DNA of 64,000 nt from an uncultured Mycobacterium sp. GTDB lineage: Bacteria; Actinomycetota; Actinomycetes; Mycobacteriales; Mycobacteriaceae. Positions 1 through 12,580 of this stretch are shown piece after piece. The notes under the pieces were generated by a model, which was not told the DNA's origin, ran no database searches, and saw only the letters and a list, made by a program, of their open reading frames with translations. Within the stretch, counting starts at the first letter, position 1. Each line of letters starts with the position of its first letter. The stretch is from assembly GCA_964439315.1 (NCBI GenBank), contig CAYTOD010000002.1, positions 14,575 through 78,574 on the forward strand. The letters are read 5' to 3'. The translations under genes were made by a program, and so were the position numbers.

Positions 1-1197
1 GAGATAATCGAAAGCCTTGAGCGACAGCGGTTCCCGATAGATCGTGTAGCCGCCGAACAACTCGTCGGCGCCCTCGCCGGACAACACCACCTTGACGTGC
101 TTGCGCGCCTCCCGGGCGATGAAGAACAGCGGCACGAGCGCCGGGTCGGCCACCGGCTCGTCGAGATACCAGACGATCTCGGGCAGGGCGGCGACGAACT
201 CCGCCTGGCTGACCACCTTCGCCACGTGCCGGGCGCCGATCGCCTCGGCGGAGGCGACGGCGACATCGACCTCGGAGAATCCCTCGCGCTCAAATCCGGT
301 AGTGAAGGTGATCAGCCGGGGATTGTGGCGAATGGCCAGCGCGGCGATCGCGGTGGAGTCGATGCCCCCGGACAGGAATGCCCCGACGGTGACGTCGGCG
401 CGCATGTGCTTGGCCACCGAGTCCTCCAGGACCGCAGTGATCTCGTCGTAGCGGGCCTGCTCGGTACCAGGTCGGAACGGAACCGCGGCGAACTTCGGCC
501 GGAAGTAGCGGTGTACCTCGGGCTGCTGGCCGGGCCGGATCACCGCGTAGCAGCCCGACTCGAGGCGGCGCACGCCGCGGTGCAGGGTCTCCGGCTCGGG
601 CACGTACTGCAGGACGGTGTAGTGCTGCAGTGCGCGGGTGTCGATGCCGGTGTCCAGGCCCAGGACGTCGGCCAGCGCCAGCAGGCACTTCTCCTCGCTG
701 CCCACCGCGGTGCCGCCAGGGCCGGTCGCCATGAAGAGGGGCTTGATCCCGAACGGGTCGCGGGCGCAGAACAGCTCGCCGCGCTCGGTGTCCCACAGCG
801 CGAAGGCGAACATGCCCCGCAGCCGGCTTAGCGCGTCGACACCCCAGTAGTGACAGGCGGCGACGATCGCCTCGCCGTCGCCATCTGTGTGGAACACCGC
901 GCCGAACTCGGTCCGCAGCGCCTCACGCAGCTCGAGGTAGTTGTAGATCTCGCCGTTGAACACCAGCTCGTAGCGGCCGGGGGATTCTGGCGGCCCCCAA
1001 CTCAGCGGCTGGTGGGAGTGTGCGATGTCAATGATCGACAGCCGGTTGAAACCGAGAACCACCCGATCGTCGTGCCAGGTCCCCGGCTCGTCGGGGCCGC
1101 GGTGACGCATGAGGGGCGACGCGCCGGACACGGCGTCGACGGTCTGCTGGGTGATGGCGCCGGCCGCGTCTCCGACCAGGGCAAGCAGTCCACACAC
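1..1197 (-). CDS. asnB: Asparagine synthase (glutamine-hydrolysing), 3' end outside window (Rv2201-like)
   Basis: Translated by hand from GTG at 1197: MCGLLA..MRHRGPDE..GFNRLSIID..FNGEIYNY..VVLSGEGADELFGGY. Not in the ORF track because it runs off the window. Confidence 0.97.
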   Translation of the reverse strand, partial: MCGLLALVGDAAGAITQQTVDAVSGASPLMRHRGPDEPGTWHDDRVVLGFNRLSIIDIAHSHQPLSWGPPESPGRYELVFNGEIYNYLELREALRTEFGAVFHTDGDGEAIVAACHYWGVDALSRLRGMFAFALWDTERGELFCARDPFGIKPLFMATGPGGTAVGSEEKCLLALADVLGLDTGIDTRALQHYTVLQYVPEPETLHRGVRRLESGCYAVIRPGQQPEVHRYFRPKFAAVPFRPGTEQARYDEITAVLEDSVAKHMRADVTVGAFLSGGIDSTAIAALAIRHNPRLITFTTGFEREGFSEVDVAVASAEAIGARHVAKVVSQAEFVAALPEIVWYLDEPVADPALVPLFFIAREARKHVKVVLSGEGADELFGGYTIYREPLSLKAFDYL

Positions 1198-1386
1198 TCG
1201 GCCTAGTATGCCGCAACCGGGGGTGCCGGCCGAACCCGCGCCGATCCGAATCGCCAGGTGTGTCCGCGTGCTGTTGTCCGGTGGTCTACGCTGCGTAGTA
1301 TTCGAGTTGCGATGCGCGTCTAGGCGGCCCGTTCACAGGCTGCTGAAATGAGTATCGGTCCAGCTTGTGACACAGGAGGCGGCAAG

Positions 1387-2460
1387 GTGACAGCACGCGG
1401 GCTAGGCCGTAACAAGGGCCACAGCGCACGTCCGGGGCGGGCGGCCGCGCTGGCCGTTACCTTCGCCGGGCTAGCGCTCGCGCTGAGCGGATGCAGCTGG
1501 CGCCATGCGCTCAGCCTGGGCTGGCCGGAGGGGATCACCCCGGAGGCCCGGGCCAACCACCAGCTGTGGCTGTGGTCGGTCATCGCCGCCCTGGTCATCG
1601 GTGTCATTACGTGGGCGATGATGTTCTGGTGCGTCGCTGCCTTCCGTAAAAAGAAGACCGACACCGAACTGCCCCGCCAGTTCGGCTACAACCTGCCGCT
1701 GGAGCTGGTGCTCACCGCGATTCCGCTCATCATCATCTCGGTGCTCTTCTACTTCACCGTGATCACCGAGAACAAGATGATCAGCCGGGACCCCAATCCC
1801 GAGGTCACCGTCGACGTCACCGCCTTCCAGTGGAACTGGAAGTTCGGCTACCAGAAGGTCGCCTTCAAGGACGGCTCGTTCAACTACGACGGCGTTGACA
1901 CCGCCCGCAAGGCTGCGATGGAGTCCAAGCCCGAGGGCAAGGACGCTCACGGCGAAGAGCGCGTCGGAGCCATCCGCGGTCTGAACCCCGAGGATCGCAG
2001 CTACCTGAACTTCGACAAGGTCGAGACCCTCGGCACCAGCGACGAGATCCCGGTGCTGGTCCTGCCCGTCGGCAAGCGGATCGAGTTCGAGCAGGCCTCC
2101 GCTGACGTGATCCACTCGTTCTGGGTCCCGGACTTCCTCTTCAAGCGCGACGTCTTCCCCGAGCCCAAGGCCAACCACTCCCAAAACGTGTGGCAGGTCT
2201 CGGAAATCGAGAAGACCGGCGCCTTCGTCGGCCGCTGCGCTGAGATGTGTGGCACCTACCACTCGATGATGAACTTCGAGATCCGCGTGGTCTCGGCGGA
2301 TGATTTCAAGACCTACCTTCAGGCGCGCATCGCCGGCAAGAGCAATGCCGATGCTCTGCAGGCCATCAATCAGTCACCTGTCGCAACCAGCACCAAGCCG
2401 TTCGACACCCGTCGCGGCGAGCAGGTCATCCCGGCGATGACCGCGCAGGCCAGCAAGTAG
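1387..2460 (+). CDS. ctaC: Cytochrome c oxidase subunit II
   Basis: CuA motifs DVIHSFWVP and [12 protein letters not shown]; lipobox LSGC; GTG at 1387 after AGGAGG. Confidence 0.97.
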   Translation: MTARGLGRNKGHSARPGRAAALAVTFAGLALALSGCSWRHALSLGWPEGITPEARANHQLWLWSVIAALVIGVITWAMMFWCVAAFRKKKTDTELPRQFGYNLPLELVLTAIPLIIISVLFYFTVITENKMISRDPNPEVTVDVTAFQWNWKFGYQKVAFKDGSFNYDGVDTARKAAMESKPEGKDAHGEERVGAIRGLNPEDRSYLNFDKVETLGTSDEIPVLVLPVGKRIEFEQASADVIHSFWVPDFLFKRDVFPEPKANHSQNVWQVSEIEKTGAFVGRCAEMCGTYHSMMNFEIRVVSADDFKTYLQARIAGKSNADALQAINQSPVATSTKPFDTRRGEQVIPAMTAQASK

Positions 2461-2475
2461 GAGCGGAGAGTCCTC

Positions 2476-2892
2476 ATGCGGATTGAAGCCAGGCTGTTCG
2501 AGATTCTGACCGGTGTGTTCGTCGTCCTCTCCGTGGTGTACGGCGTTCTCACGCACGTCTTCAGGGGTCAGATTGAGTGGGCCGGTACCACCGCGCTGGT
2601 GTTGACCGCCGGCCTCACGCTGATCATCGGCACGTTCTTCCGGTTCGTCGCGCGTCGTCTCGACACCCGTCCGGAGGACTACGAGAACGCCGAGATCGCC
2701 GATGGCGCGGGGGAGCTCGGCTTCTTCCCGCCGCACAGCTGGTGGCCGATCCTGATCGCCGGTGCCTTCTCCACCGCGGCGATCGGCACCGCGTTGTGGC
2801 TGCCCTGGTTGATCTTCACCGGCATCGTGTTCGTGCTGGCTTCGGTGTGCGGATTCGTGTTCGAGTACTACATCGGGCCTGAGAAGCACTAG
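2476..2892 (+). CDS. ctaF: Cytochrome c oxidase subunit IV
   Basis: MRIEARLFE start, [33 protein letters not shown] end; follows ctaC. Confidence 0.95.
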   Translation: MRIEARLFEILTGVFVVLSVVYGVLTHVFRGQIEWAGTTALVLTAGLTLIIGTFFRFVARRLDTRPEDYENAEIADGAGELGFFPPHSWWPILIAGAFSTAAIGTALWLPWLIFTGIVFVLASVCGFVFEYYIGPEKH

Positions 2893-2914
2893 CGAAGTAG
2901 CGCCGCGCACCCGG

Positions 2915-3766
2915 ATGAGCGGGCCTAATCCGCCGGATCAGCAGCCGGGCCTCGGCCCGTCGGACGCCGGTGACCGCGAGGAACTGACCGATACCGGGTT
3001 TTCTCGTGCCTACTCCGCCCCAGAGTCGGAGCAGTACACGATCGCCCCGTACCTGCCGGCAGAGATAGCTCTCTACGACTACGACGCATTTGATGCCGGC
3101 GAGACTCCGGTCGATCTCGAGCCGCCGAAATGGCCGTGGGTGGTCGGTGTGGCGGCGATCATCGCGGCGATATCTCTGGTCGTGTCCGTGTCGCTCCTGG
3201 TCACCAGGCATGGCAGCAGCGTGGCCGCGTCGTCGGCGTTGACCACAGTGAGCAAGCCGCCGGTTCAGGACGAGATCACCACGACCCCGCCGTCGCCGTC
3301 GGCGTCGGCGCCGCCGGAATCGACGCCCAGCGAGGAACCGCCCCCCCCGCCACCGCCGCCCACCGAGACGGTGACGGTGACCCCCGAACCTCCGCCTCCG
3401 CCCCCGCCGCCGAGCACCGAGCAGCCGCCCCCGCCGCCCCCGACTTCGGCGGCTCCTCCGCCCCCGCCCCCGGTGACGACGACGGCCCCGGCCGGTCCGC
3501 GCCAGGTGACCTACACCGTCACCGGTACCAAAGCGCCCGGTGACGTCATCACGATCACTTACGTCGACTCTTCAGGGCGGCGGAAGACGCAGCGCAACGT
3601 CTATATTCCGTGGTCGCTGACCGTGACGCCCATCTCGCAATCCGACGTAGGCTCGGTTCAAGCTTCCAGTCTTTTCCTGGTGAGCAGACTGAATTGCTCC
3701 ATCACCACTAGCGACGGGACGGTGCTGTCATCGAATCAGAACAACGGACCTCAGACGAGCTGCTGA
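2915..3766 (+). CDS. mmpS3: MmpS3-like membrane protein with Pro/Thr linker (Rv2198c-like)
   Basis: One TM helix, polyproline linker, C-terminal MmpS domain with LNCSITT..QTSC; synteny. Confidence 0.88.
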   Translation: MSGPNPPDQQPGLGPSDAGDREELTDTGFSRAYSAPESEQYTIAPYLPAEIALYDYDAFDAGETPVDLEPPKWPWVVGVAAIIAAISLVVSVSLLVTRHGSSVAASSALTTVSKPPVQDEITTTPPSPSASAPPESTPSEEPPPPPPPPTETVTVTPEPPPPPPPPSTEQPPPPPPTSAAPPPPPPVTTTAPAGPRQVTYTVTGTKAPGDVITITYVDSSGRRKTQRNVYIPWSLTVTPISQSDVGSVQASSLFLVSRLNCSITTSDGTVLSSNQNNGPQTSC

Positions 3767-4410
3767 TGGCTCCCGAGCACACGGCGCACGGCCGGTCTCC
3801 GGAGACAGTCGACCGCATTTTCGTTGGCGGATGCGGCGCCATCTGGCTCGCACTGGTGGGGATCAGTGCCGTCTCGATTCTTGCGCTGATCGACCTGGGC
3901 CGCGGTCACGCTGCCGCCGGCGGGTCCGGGAACTCGTCGTGGCTGCTGTACACCGTCATCGGGGTGTCTGCGCTGATCCTGATCGCTGCTGTTCCGCTGT
4001 TGCTACGGGCCAGGCGCGCCGGTGCGGCGCCGGCGGCCGAACTCGAGGGCGAGGTGGCTGAGGCCGTCGCTCCGGTGCGTCCGACTGAGGCCAAAACCGA
4101 GAAGCTACGGGTGTTCGGCACGTCGGTCGACCCCTATGACAAGCCACTCCCAGAAGCGCCTCGCGCCCCCTCGCACCTTGATCCGGCTGTCCTGAACCGA
4201 TTGTGGCTGCGTGGCACCACGGGCTTGCTGTCTGCGATCGGAGTGGCTCTTATCGGCGTCGCAGCGGGGACCTATCTGCTTGCAGTGTCGAGCACCACGG
4301 GCGCGTGGGTGGCCCTCGGGTTCGCCGGGGTGGTTACCGTCGCGATGCCGGCCGTTCTGGTGGCCTTCCAGCGCCAGCTGGGGGAGGCCGTGGAAGAGGC
4401 GGCCGCTTAA
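3766..4410 (+). CDS. DUF2561-family membrane protein (Rv2197c-like)
   Basis: Four TM segments, TEKLRVFG and RLWLR motifs; synteny. Confidence 0.8.
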   Translation: MAPEHTAHGRSPETVDRIFVGGCGAIWLALVGISAVSILALIDLGRGHAAAGGSGNSSWLLYTVIGVSALILIAAVPLLLRARRAGAAPAAELEGEVAEAVAPVRPTEAKTEKLRVFGTSVDPYDKPLPEAPRAPSHLDPAVLNRLWLRGTTGLLSAIGVALIGVAAGTYLLAVSSTTGAWVALGFAGVVTVAMPAVLVAFQRQLGEAVEEAAA

Positions 4411-4474
4411 CTTGCCCACGGCCCTGGGGCCGACTGGTCATCTGTGCCTGCGGTGGCGGAATCTGCTCGCGTTT

Positions 4475-4638
4475 CTGACTGTGCGGTTGCGGCATTGAGT
4501 GCGTGCCCGCGGCGTTGAGTGTGGGGCTGGACTGGTGACTGTGCGCCGGCGGCGGTGACTCTGCGGCCGTGGCAGTGAGTGTGAGCCGGCGGCGGTGACT
4601 GTGTGCGCCGGCGGTGGTGACTGTGCGGCCGCGGCGGC
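4475..4638. repeat. Degenerate 20-bp tandem array, about 8 units (consensus near GTGACTGTGCGCCGGCGGCG)
   Basis: TGA(C/G)T cores at 4476, 4496, 4516, 4536, 4556, 4576, 4596 and 4618. Confidence 0.85.
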
Positions 4639-4703
4639 TCGCCGGGCATCGCACCGACCCTGGGCGCACACTGGTCGCGGCAACGTTGTCAGCCTCAGCC
4701 CCC

Positions 4704-4742
4704 AAAACGAGAAACGCCCCCGCCGGGGGGGGGGGGCGGTTG
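4704..4742 (-). terminator. Probable intrinsic terminator of the qcr operon
   Basis: Minus strand: C-rich arm, GGCGGGGGCG arm, then TTTCTCGTTTT. One arm is a homopolymer run and may be miscalled. Confidence 0.5.
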
Positions 4743-4754
4743 GCGGAGGCCCGT

Positions 4755-6380
4755 CTAGTGCGGTGCGGTGCCCGCCACGGGGGGCGGGTACTCCTTGAGC
4801 GCGGTGAGGGCCCGGTGCTCCGAGACATGCGAAGCCTCGTTGAGCGCGGCATCCTCGACCGCCGGATCGGCACTCAGGAAGCTGCCGTGGCCCGGCTTGC
4901 CCGCGGCGCCCAGCTTGTTCATCCGCTTGGGCACCGCAGCGCCCTCGTACTCGAGCGGAATCGCATGGCCGTGGTCGTCGACAGGGCCCAGCGGCTGGTG
5001 CAGCTCGATGTAGGCACCGTGCGGCAGCCGCTTGAGAACGCCGGTCTCGACGCCGTGCTCGAGCACCTCGCGGTCGCTCCGCTGCAGGCCGACGGCCCAC
5101 CGGTAGGCGATGAAGAACGCCAGCGGCGGAACCACCAGCATGCCGATGCGCCCGATCCAGGTGGTCGCGTTCAGGGAGATGTTGAACTTGTAGGCGATGA
5201 TGTCGTTCATCGCGCTGAAGGTCAGCACCGTGTAGAAAGCGATCGCCATGGCGCCGATCCCGGTGCGAACCGGGACATCACGCGGACGCTGCAGCAGGTT
5301 GTGGTGCGCGTCGTCCCCGGTGAACTTCTTCTCCAGGAACGGGTAGATGATCATCAGCAGGAACACCAGGCCCATGATCACGGCCACCCAGACGGCCGCG
5401 GGGATCGTGTGGTTGCCGATGTAGATGTCCCACGGCGGGAAGAGGCGGATCAGGCCGTCGGTCCACAGCATGTAGAAGTCGGGCTGCGAGCCGGCCGAGA
5501 TCTGCGACGGCTTGTAGGGACCGAGCTGCCAGATCGGGTTGATCTGCAGCAGTCCGCCCATCAGGCCGAGGATGCCGACGATCATGGCGAAGAAGGCGCC
5601 GGACTTCACCGCGAACACCGGCATGACGCGCACCCCGACCACGTTGGTCTCGGTACGGCCGGGGCCGGGGAACTGGGTGTGCTTCTGGAACCACACGAGC
5701 GCCAGGTGAAGACCGATGAGCGCGAGCATGATCCCCGGGAAGACCAGGATGTGCACGGCGTACAACCGCGGGATGATGATGGTGCCCGGGAAGTCACCGC
5801 CGAACAGCGCCCAGTGCATCCAGGTGCCGATCAGCGGCAGGCCCAGGGTGATGGACGACAAGGCGGCCCGGATGCCGGTGCCGGAGAGCAGGTCGTCGGG
5901 CAGGGAGTACCCGAAGAAGCCCTCGAACATCGCCAGGATCAGCAGCAGGGCGCCGATCATCCAGTTCGCCTCACGCGGCCGGCGGAACGCACCGGTGAAG
6001 AAGATGCGGGCCTTGTGGACCATGATCGAGGCTGCGAACAGCAGCGCCGCCCAGTGATGGACCTGCCGGACGAACAACCCGCCGCGGACGTCGAAGCTGA
6101 TGTCCAGGGCCGTCTCGTAGGCCCGGGACATCTGGATGCCCCGCAGCGGCTGGTAGACGCCGTTGTAGGTCACCTCGGTCATCGACGGGTCGAAGAACAG
6201 CGTCAGGTACACACCGGTGAGCAGCAGCACGATGAAGCTGTACATGGCGATCTCACCCAGGAGGAACGACCAGTGGGTGGGGAACACCTTGTTCAGCTGT
6301 CGCCTCAACGCCCCCGACGGGTGATACCGCGAGTCGATGTTGTCGGCAGCTTGATCTATGTGGTCAGCAACGCGGGTCAT
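4755..6380 (-). CDS. qcrB: Cytochrome bcc complex cytochrome b subunit
   Basis: [26 protein letters not shown] (Qo-site motif); ATG at 6380 overlaps the qcrA stop (ATGA). Confidence 0.98.
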   Translation of the reverse strand: MTRVADHIDQAADNIDSRYHPSGALRRQLNKVFPTHWSFLLGEIAMYSFIVLLLTGVYLTLFFDPSMTEVTYNGVYQPLRGIQMSRAYETALDISFDVRGGLFVRQVHHWAALLFAASIMVHKARIFFTGAFRRPREANWMIGALLLILAMFEGFFGYSLPDDLLSGTGIRAALSSITLGLPLIGTWMHWALFGGDFPGTIIIPRLYAVHILVFPGIMLALIGLHLALVWFQKHTQFPGPGRTETNVVGVRVMPVFAVKSGAFFAMIVGILGLMGGLLQINPIWQLGPYKPSQISAGSQPDFYMLWTDGLIRLFPPWDIYIGNHTIPAAVWVAVIMGLVFLLMIIYPFLEKKFTGDDAHHNLLQRPRDVPVRTGIGAMAIAFYTVLTFSAMNDIIAYKFNISLNATTWIGRIGMLVVPPLAFFIAYRWAVGLQRSDREVLEHGVETGVLKRLPHGAYIELHQPLGPVDDHGHAIPLEYEGAAVPKRMNKLGAAGKPGHGSFLSADPAVEDAALNEASHVSEHRALTALKEYPPPVAGTAPH

Positions 6381-7561
6381 GATCTGCGCTCCCAGAATGC
6401 CGGTCCGACGGGTTCGATGAAGTCGCCGTTGGCGACCAGGTATCCATCTTTGTCGATGGTGATGGGCAACTGTGCCAGGGCACGCGCGGCGGGGCCGAAG
6501 ATCGGCTTCGCGAAGTGCAGCGCGTCGAACTGCGACTGGTGGCACGGGCACAGGATGCGGTAGGTCTGCTGCTCGTAGAGCGAGGACGGGCAGCCCAGGT
6601 GCGAGCAGACCTTGGTGTAGGCGAAGAGCTCACCGAAGTTGAAGCTCTCCTGGCCCTGTCGCTTGACCACCCGAGCCATGTCGACGGGCTTGATGCGGAT
6701 CAGCATGACCGGATTGCGGACACCCATGGAGATGGCGGTGAGACGCTCGTGCGATTCGACGGTGGTGCCGTCGCCATCCTCCTCGCGCCAGGGGAAGACC
6801 GTCTCCATGCCGCCGGCGTCGATGTCCTCCGGGCGGATCTTGGTGAACGGGGACTCACCCGGGCGGGCGGTGGCCCGGCCCAGGTAGATGGTCTCGCCGG
6901 TGTACCGCGGAGTCCAGTCGGAGGTCCACAGCACGGCCTTCTTGCCCTCGGCGGTAGGGACGACCGGCTTCCACGGGTTCTTGATCATGCCGCCGACACC
7001 GGCAACCAGAGTGCCGACCCCGAAGGCGCCCAGGCCGATTCCGGCCGACATGCCGATCAGCTTGCGGCGTTTGATGGTCGAACCCTCGAACGCGTCCACC
7101 AGGGTGGCGGCTGCGGTCTTGCGGTCCAACTCCGACGACGGTCCGTCGTGGCGGTCCTGCACCGAGATCTCCTCGGGGATGAACCGCTTCTGGTAGAGCA
7201 CCGCGCCGATGCCGATCGCCATGACGGACAACCCGAAGGTGATGCCGTACATCGGGGTGGCCCAGGAGTACAGCAGGTTGCCCTTGGTGTGGTACGGCAC
7301 GTACTGCCACGGCCAGAACAGGAAGACCAGCAGCAGCAGCAGGCCCATGAGGCCGCCGACCAGGAACCACAGGGCCACCAGCCGCTCGGACCGCTTCTCG
7401 GCACGGGTGCCGGGGACTGGCCAGCGCTCTTCTTTGAAGATGGTGTCGACGCCGTCGAGGCGGCCGCCGAGTGCGGCGAGTTCCTCGGTGGACATCTGCG
7501 AGAGCTGCTCCTTGGAGTATTCGCTCATGCCTGATCCGCCTCCGCTGTTAGCTCCGCTCAT
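6377..7561 (-). CDS. qcrA: Cytochrome bcc Rieske iron-sulfur subunit (alternative start 7528)
   Basis: CSHLGC and CPCHQS Rieske boxes; three TM helices. Confidence 0.98.
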   Translation of the reverse strand: MSGANSGGGSGMSEYSKEQLSQMSTEELAALGGRLDGVDTIFKEERWPVPGTRAEKRSERLVALWFLVGGLMGLLLLLVFLFWPWQYVPYHTKGNLLYSWATPMYGITFGLSVMAIGIGAVLYQKRFIPEEISVQDRHDGPSSELDRKTAAATLVDAFEGSTIKRRKLIGMSAGIGLGAFGVGTLVAGVGGMIKNPWKPVVPTAEGKKAVLWTSDWTPRYTGETIYLGRATARPGESPFTKIRPEDIDAGGMETVFPWREEDGDGTTVESHERLTAISMGVRNPVMLIRIKPVDMARVVKRQGQESFNFGELFAYTKVCSHLGCPSSLYEQQTYRILCPCHQSQFDALHFAKPIFGPAARALAQLPITIDKDGYLVANGDFIEPVGPAFWERRS

Positions 7562-8445
7562 GCGCGGGATCCGATCCAGAGCGCAACCGCGATGGCGGCT
7601 GCCATTCCGACGACGAAGATCGCCATGCCTTCCGGCGCGGGGCCGAAGCCGCCGAGCCCATAGCCGCCCGGGTTCATGGTCTGCGACGACGACCGGACGT
7701 AGGCGATGATGTCCTTCTTCTCCTCCGGCGAGAGCTGCCGGTCGGAGAACTTCGGCATGTTCTGCGGCCCGGTCAGCATCGCGGTGTAGATCTGGGCCGG
7801 CGTGGCCGGATCGAGACCGGGGGCGTACTTGCCGGAGGACAGCGCACCGCCGCGGCCGGTGAAGTTGTGGCAGGACGCGCAGTTGAGGCGGTAGAGATCG
7901 CCACCGCGGGCCACATCATTGCCCAGCAGCGAGTGGTCGGCGATCTGCCCGTTGGCATCGCGGGGGACCAGTGGGCCGCCGCCGATGCTCTGGACGTACG
8001 CGCCGAGGGCGTCGATCTGGCCCTCGTCGAAGATGGGCTTCTTGCGCGGAGCCTGGGCCTCACCGCGGACCGCGGGCATGCGGCCGGTGTTGACCTGGAA
8101 GAACACCGCGGCTTCACCGACGCCGGCCAGGCTGGGCCCGCGGCCATCGACGCCCTGCAGGTTGGCGCCGTGGCAGCTGATGCAAGCCGTCTCGTACAGC
8201 TGCTGGCCGGTGCGGATCAGCGCCGACTGCGACTGGTCGGCCACCGCGACCTGGGGACGCGGCGTCAAGGTGGCGGCGAGAATGCCCGCGAAGCCCAGAC
8301 CGAACACCAGTAGCACGGCTCCGGTCAGCCGGCGACGCAGCCGCCGACGCGACTTGTCGCTCACGCGAGACGCCCGACTCGACTTATCGCTCACGCGAGA
8401 CGCCCGACTCGACTTATCGCTCACGCGAGACTCAATGTTGTCCAT
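7558..8445 (-). CDS. qcrC: Cytochrome bcc diheme cytochrome c subunit
   Basis: Two CxxCH motifs (CISCH, CASCH); ATG at 8445 after AAGGGG. Confidence 0.97.
   Translation of the reverse strand: MDNIESRVSDKSSRASRVSDKSSRASRVSDKSRRRLRRRLTGAVLLVFGLGFAGILAATLTPRPQVAVADQSQSALIRTGQQLYETACISCHGANLQGVDGRGPSLAGVGEAAVFFQVNTGRMPAVRGEAQAPRKKPIFDEGQIDALGAYVQSIGGGPLVPRDANGQIADHSLLGNDVARGGDLYRLNCASCHNFTGRGGALSSGKYAPGLDPATPAQIYTAMLTGPQNMPKFSDRQLSPEEKKDIIAYVRSSSQTMNPGGYGLGGFGPAPEGMAIFVVGMAAAIAVALWIGSRA
8351..8431. repeat. In-frame 30-bp tandem repeat (2.7 copies) in the qcrC N-terminus
   Basis: GACTT(G/A)TCGCTCACGCGAGACGCCCGACTC repeated; encodes [10 protein letters not shown]. Confidence 0.95.
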
Positions 8446-8459
8446 CGAACCCCTTCTCA

Positions 8460-10256
<1,797 letters not shown>

Positions 10257-12027
10257 GGTCGCGCACCGTGCGCTTCGGGCTGCGGCCGCCCACTCCAGCC
10301 AGGAACCAGCGGAATGTCGGGGCGACGCGAAACCCTCTGTGGTGCAGACGATCCGGACACCGGGCTGGGTCAGCCACCGTGTGATGAGCGATGTCTCTTC
10401 GACCAGTGCCCCGCCCAGCGGAGCGGGTTGCGGGAGCACCACCTGGGCGCCGCTGCGGAGCGCCTCCACCACCGGCATCGGTGGGACTCCGCGTTTGGCG
10501 CAGCCCGCGGCGGCCAGTTGGCCGTGGCGAACGATGGCCAGCAGCCAGCCGCCGGCACCGTCCGGGGCGGCTGCGACGAGTTCGGCGACCGCGGCCACAG
10601 TGCGCAGGCGTTGCCCTCGCCACAGCACATCGACGGCGTCGGCGGTGTGGTCGCGGAGTCTGGCTGCGCTCTCGAAGTGAGTGCGGGAGGCCAGTTCGGC
10701 GATCCGTTCGACGGCGGCCGCCAGAGCGGAGTTGTCCAGTCCGTCGATCAGGTCGGCGGCGCGCCGGGGTGCTTCTGCATACTCGGCCGCCGACACACCG
10801 GGAGCCGCCGGGCACGGCGCGACTTCCCTCGGCGGGCAGGCCGGACCGTGCTCGCCCCGGCGGCCGATCCGGGCTGTGCACGTGCGCACTCCGGTGAACC
10901 GCGCGATGAGGTTTGCGGTGTCGATGGCGTCCGTGCGGGATCGGAACGGCCCGACCGCTCGGTCGTGGCGTGGGCCGCGCACCGCGGCCAATCGCGGGAA
11001 GGCTTCGTCGGTCAGTGTCACCCACCACCACCGTTGGGGGAACCGGGAGCGCCGGTTGTACGGCGGGGCGTGCGCGGCGAGCAGTCGCAGTTCGCGGACC
11101 CCGGCCTCCAGAGCGTGGGCGCACTCGACGTGGTCCACCGTCTCGGCCAGCGCGACCATCTCTTTCATGCGTCCGCGCGGATCGGCGCCGGTGAAGTACT
11201 GCGACACCCGTCGTCGCAGGTCGGTCGCCGTGCCGATATACAGGACCTCCGCGCCGGGACCGCGGAAGAGGTAGACCCCCGGCCGGCGGGGCAGATCTCG
11301 GGCTAGGACCCGCTTGCCGCGCTGGGCGTTGGAGACGTTGGGCAGGTAGGACCGAAGGTCACCGTAGGTGCTCACGCCCTGGTTGCCGACGCGCTCGATC
11401 AGAGCGTGCAGGACGTCGACGGTGGCGCGGGCGTCGTCGAGGGCCCGGTGGGTGGGAGTCGTCGACGCTCCGACCAGCTTGGCTAATGCGGCCAGTCGCA
11501 CGCTGGGCGCCTCCTCGCGGCTGAGTACCCGGCGGGCCAGTCGCACCGTGCACAACACCGGTGGGCGGGGCCAGGGCGTCGAACACTGCTCGGCGGCGGC
11601 TCGGAGGAACCCGATGTCGAACCCGGCGTTGTGGGCGACCAGCACCGCGCCTCGGGCGAACTCGAGGAACATCGGCAGAACGGCCGAGATCGTCGGCGCG
11701 TCCCGGACCATCGCCGTCGTGATTCCGGTGAGTTCGACGATCTGCGGGGGGATGCTGCGCTGCGGATCGACCAGGGTGGCGAATTCGCCGATGATCTCCC
11801 CGCCGCGGACCTTGACCGCCCCGATCTCGGTGATGGCGTCCCGGCCGCCGTCCGGACCGGGTTTGGATCGTCCGCCGGTGGTTTCCAGGTCGACGACGAC
11901 GAAGGTGGTCTCTCGCAGGGGGATCTCGACCTCCGGGGCGCCAGCGTGGTCCGGAGCGGCCTCGAACCCGGCGGCGTCCGAGTACGCGTCGGCGAAACTC
12001 AGCTGGAGATCGCGGGGCACGGCTCTG

Positions 12028-12049
12028 ACGGTAGGCAGCCGCACCGACA
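12028..12049 (-). promoter_or_regulatory. RecA-NDp (PafBC-dependent) promoter for the leaderless DEDD nuclease gene
   Basis: Minus strand TGTCGG-N10-TACCGT-N7-GTG, an exact fit to the TGTCGG-N10-TANNNT consensus. Confidence 0.85.
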
Positions 12050-12081
12050 ACCCGGGTCCGCCACGCCTTGAGGTCCGAACT

Positions 12082-12103
12082 TGTCGGTGCCCGCGGCTAC
12101 CGT
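12082..12103 (+). promoter_or_regulatory. Second RecA-NDp (PafBC-type) promoter, facing the small Cys4 gene and ripC
   Basis: TGTCGG-TGCCCGCGGC-TACCGT on the plus strand. Confidence 0.75.
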
Positions 12104-12151
12104 GCGATCGGCCGAAGACAAGTGCGGCCGGAGAGAACTGAGAGGGGCGCT

Positions 12152-12388
12152 ATGACGCAGGACGCGGGGACGAGGGACGAGGGTGAGCCGGTGGTCATCG
12201 ACTGCGACGAGTGCGCCGTCCGGGGACCTGGATGCCGGGACTGCGTGGTCAGCGTGCTGCTGGGGGTTCCGGACACGTTGCTGGACGACGAGCGGGCAGC
12301 CCTGGAGGTACTCGCCGAGGCCGGCCTGGCTCCGAGGCTGCGGCTGGTCCCTATTCATCGTAATAATGACGCTGGACTTGCCAGTTAG
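12152..12388 (+). CDS. Small conserved CxxC-CxxC protein (Rv2190A-like)
   Basis: VVIDCDECAVRGPGCRDCVVSVLLG..LAEAGLAPRLRL; AGAGGGG RBS; synteny. Confidence 0.8.
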   Translation: MTQDAGTRDEGEPVVIDCDECAVRGPGCRDCVVSVLLGVPDTLLDDERAALEVLAEAGLAPRLRLVPIHRNNDAGLAS

Positions 12389-12580
12389 TTTCTTAAATTA
12401 GCTGGTGGGGCTATATCCCTGCATGGCGGGCTGATCAATGTTTGCTGTTACTGGTGTGACGTAAGTTTCTCCTAAAAGTTGACTGTGAGCGTTGGACAAA
12501 CGTCGATGCCGTTTCGTAACCTGTTCGAGACCTAAGGCAGGCCGAGACAGGAACGTCAAACGCAGTCAAAGGATTTCAAC

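Noticed and set aside
3290-3500. Repeats in the mmpS3 and ftsL (32250-32500) linkers as mobile or VNTR elements
   Set aside because: They encode Pro/Ala-rich linkers typical of these proteins and lack a fixed DNA period.
4475-4638. Possible CRISPR array
   Set aside because: Units are contiguous degenerate 20-mers with no unique spacers, and there are no cas genes in the window.
4334-4873. ORFs crossing the DUF2561-qcrB intergenic region
   Set aside because: Products reflect the 20-bp repeat, have no homology cues and overlap real genes.
12516-12531. MtrA/GlnR-like GTAAC-N6-GAGAC site upstream of ripC
   Set aside because: The second half-site is weak; it cannot be told from chance without a matrix scan.
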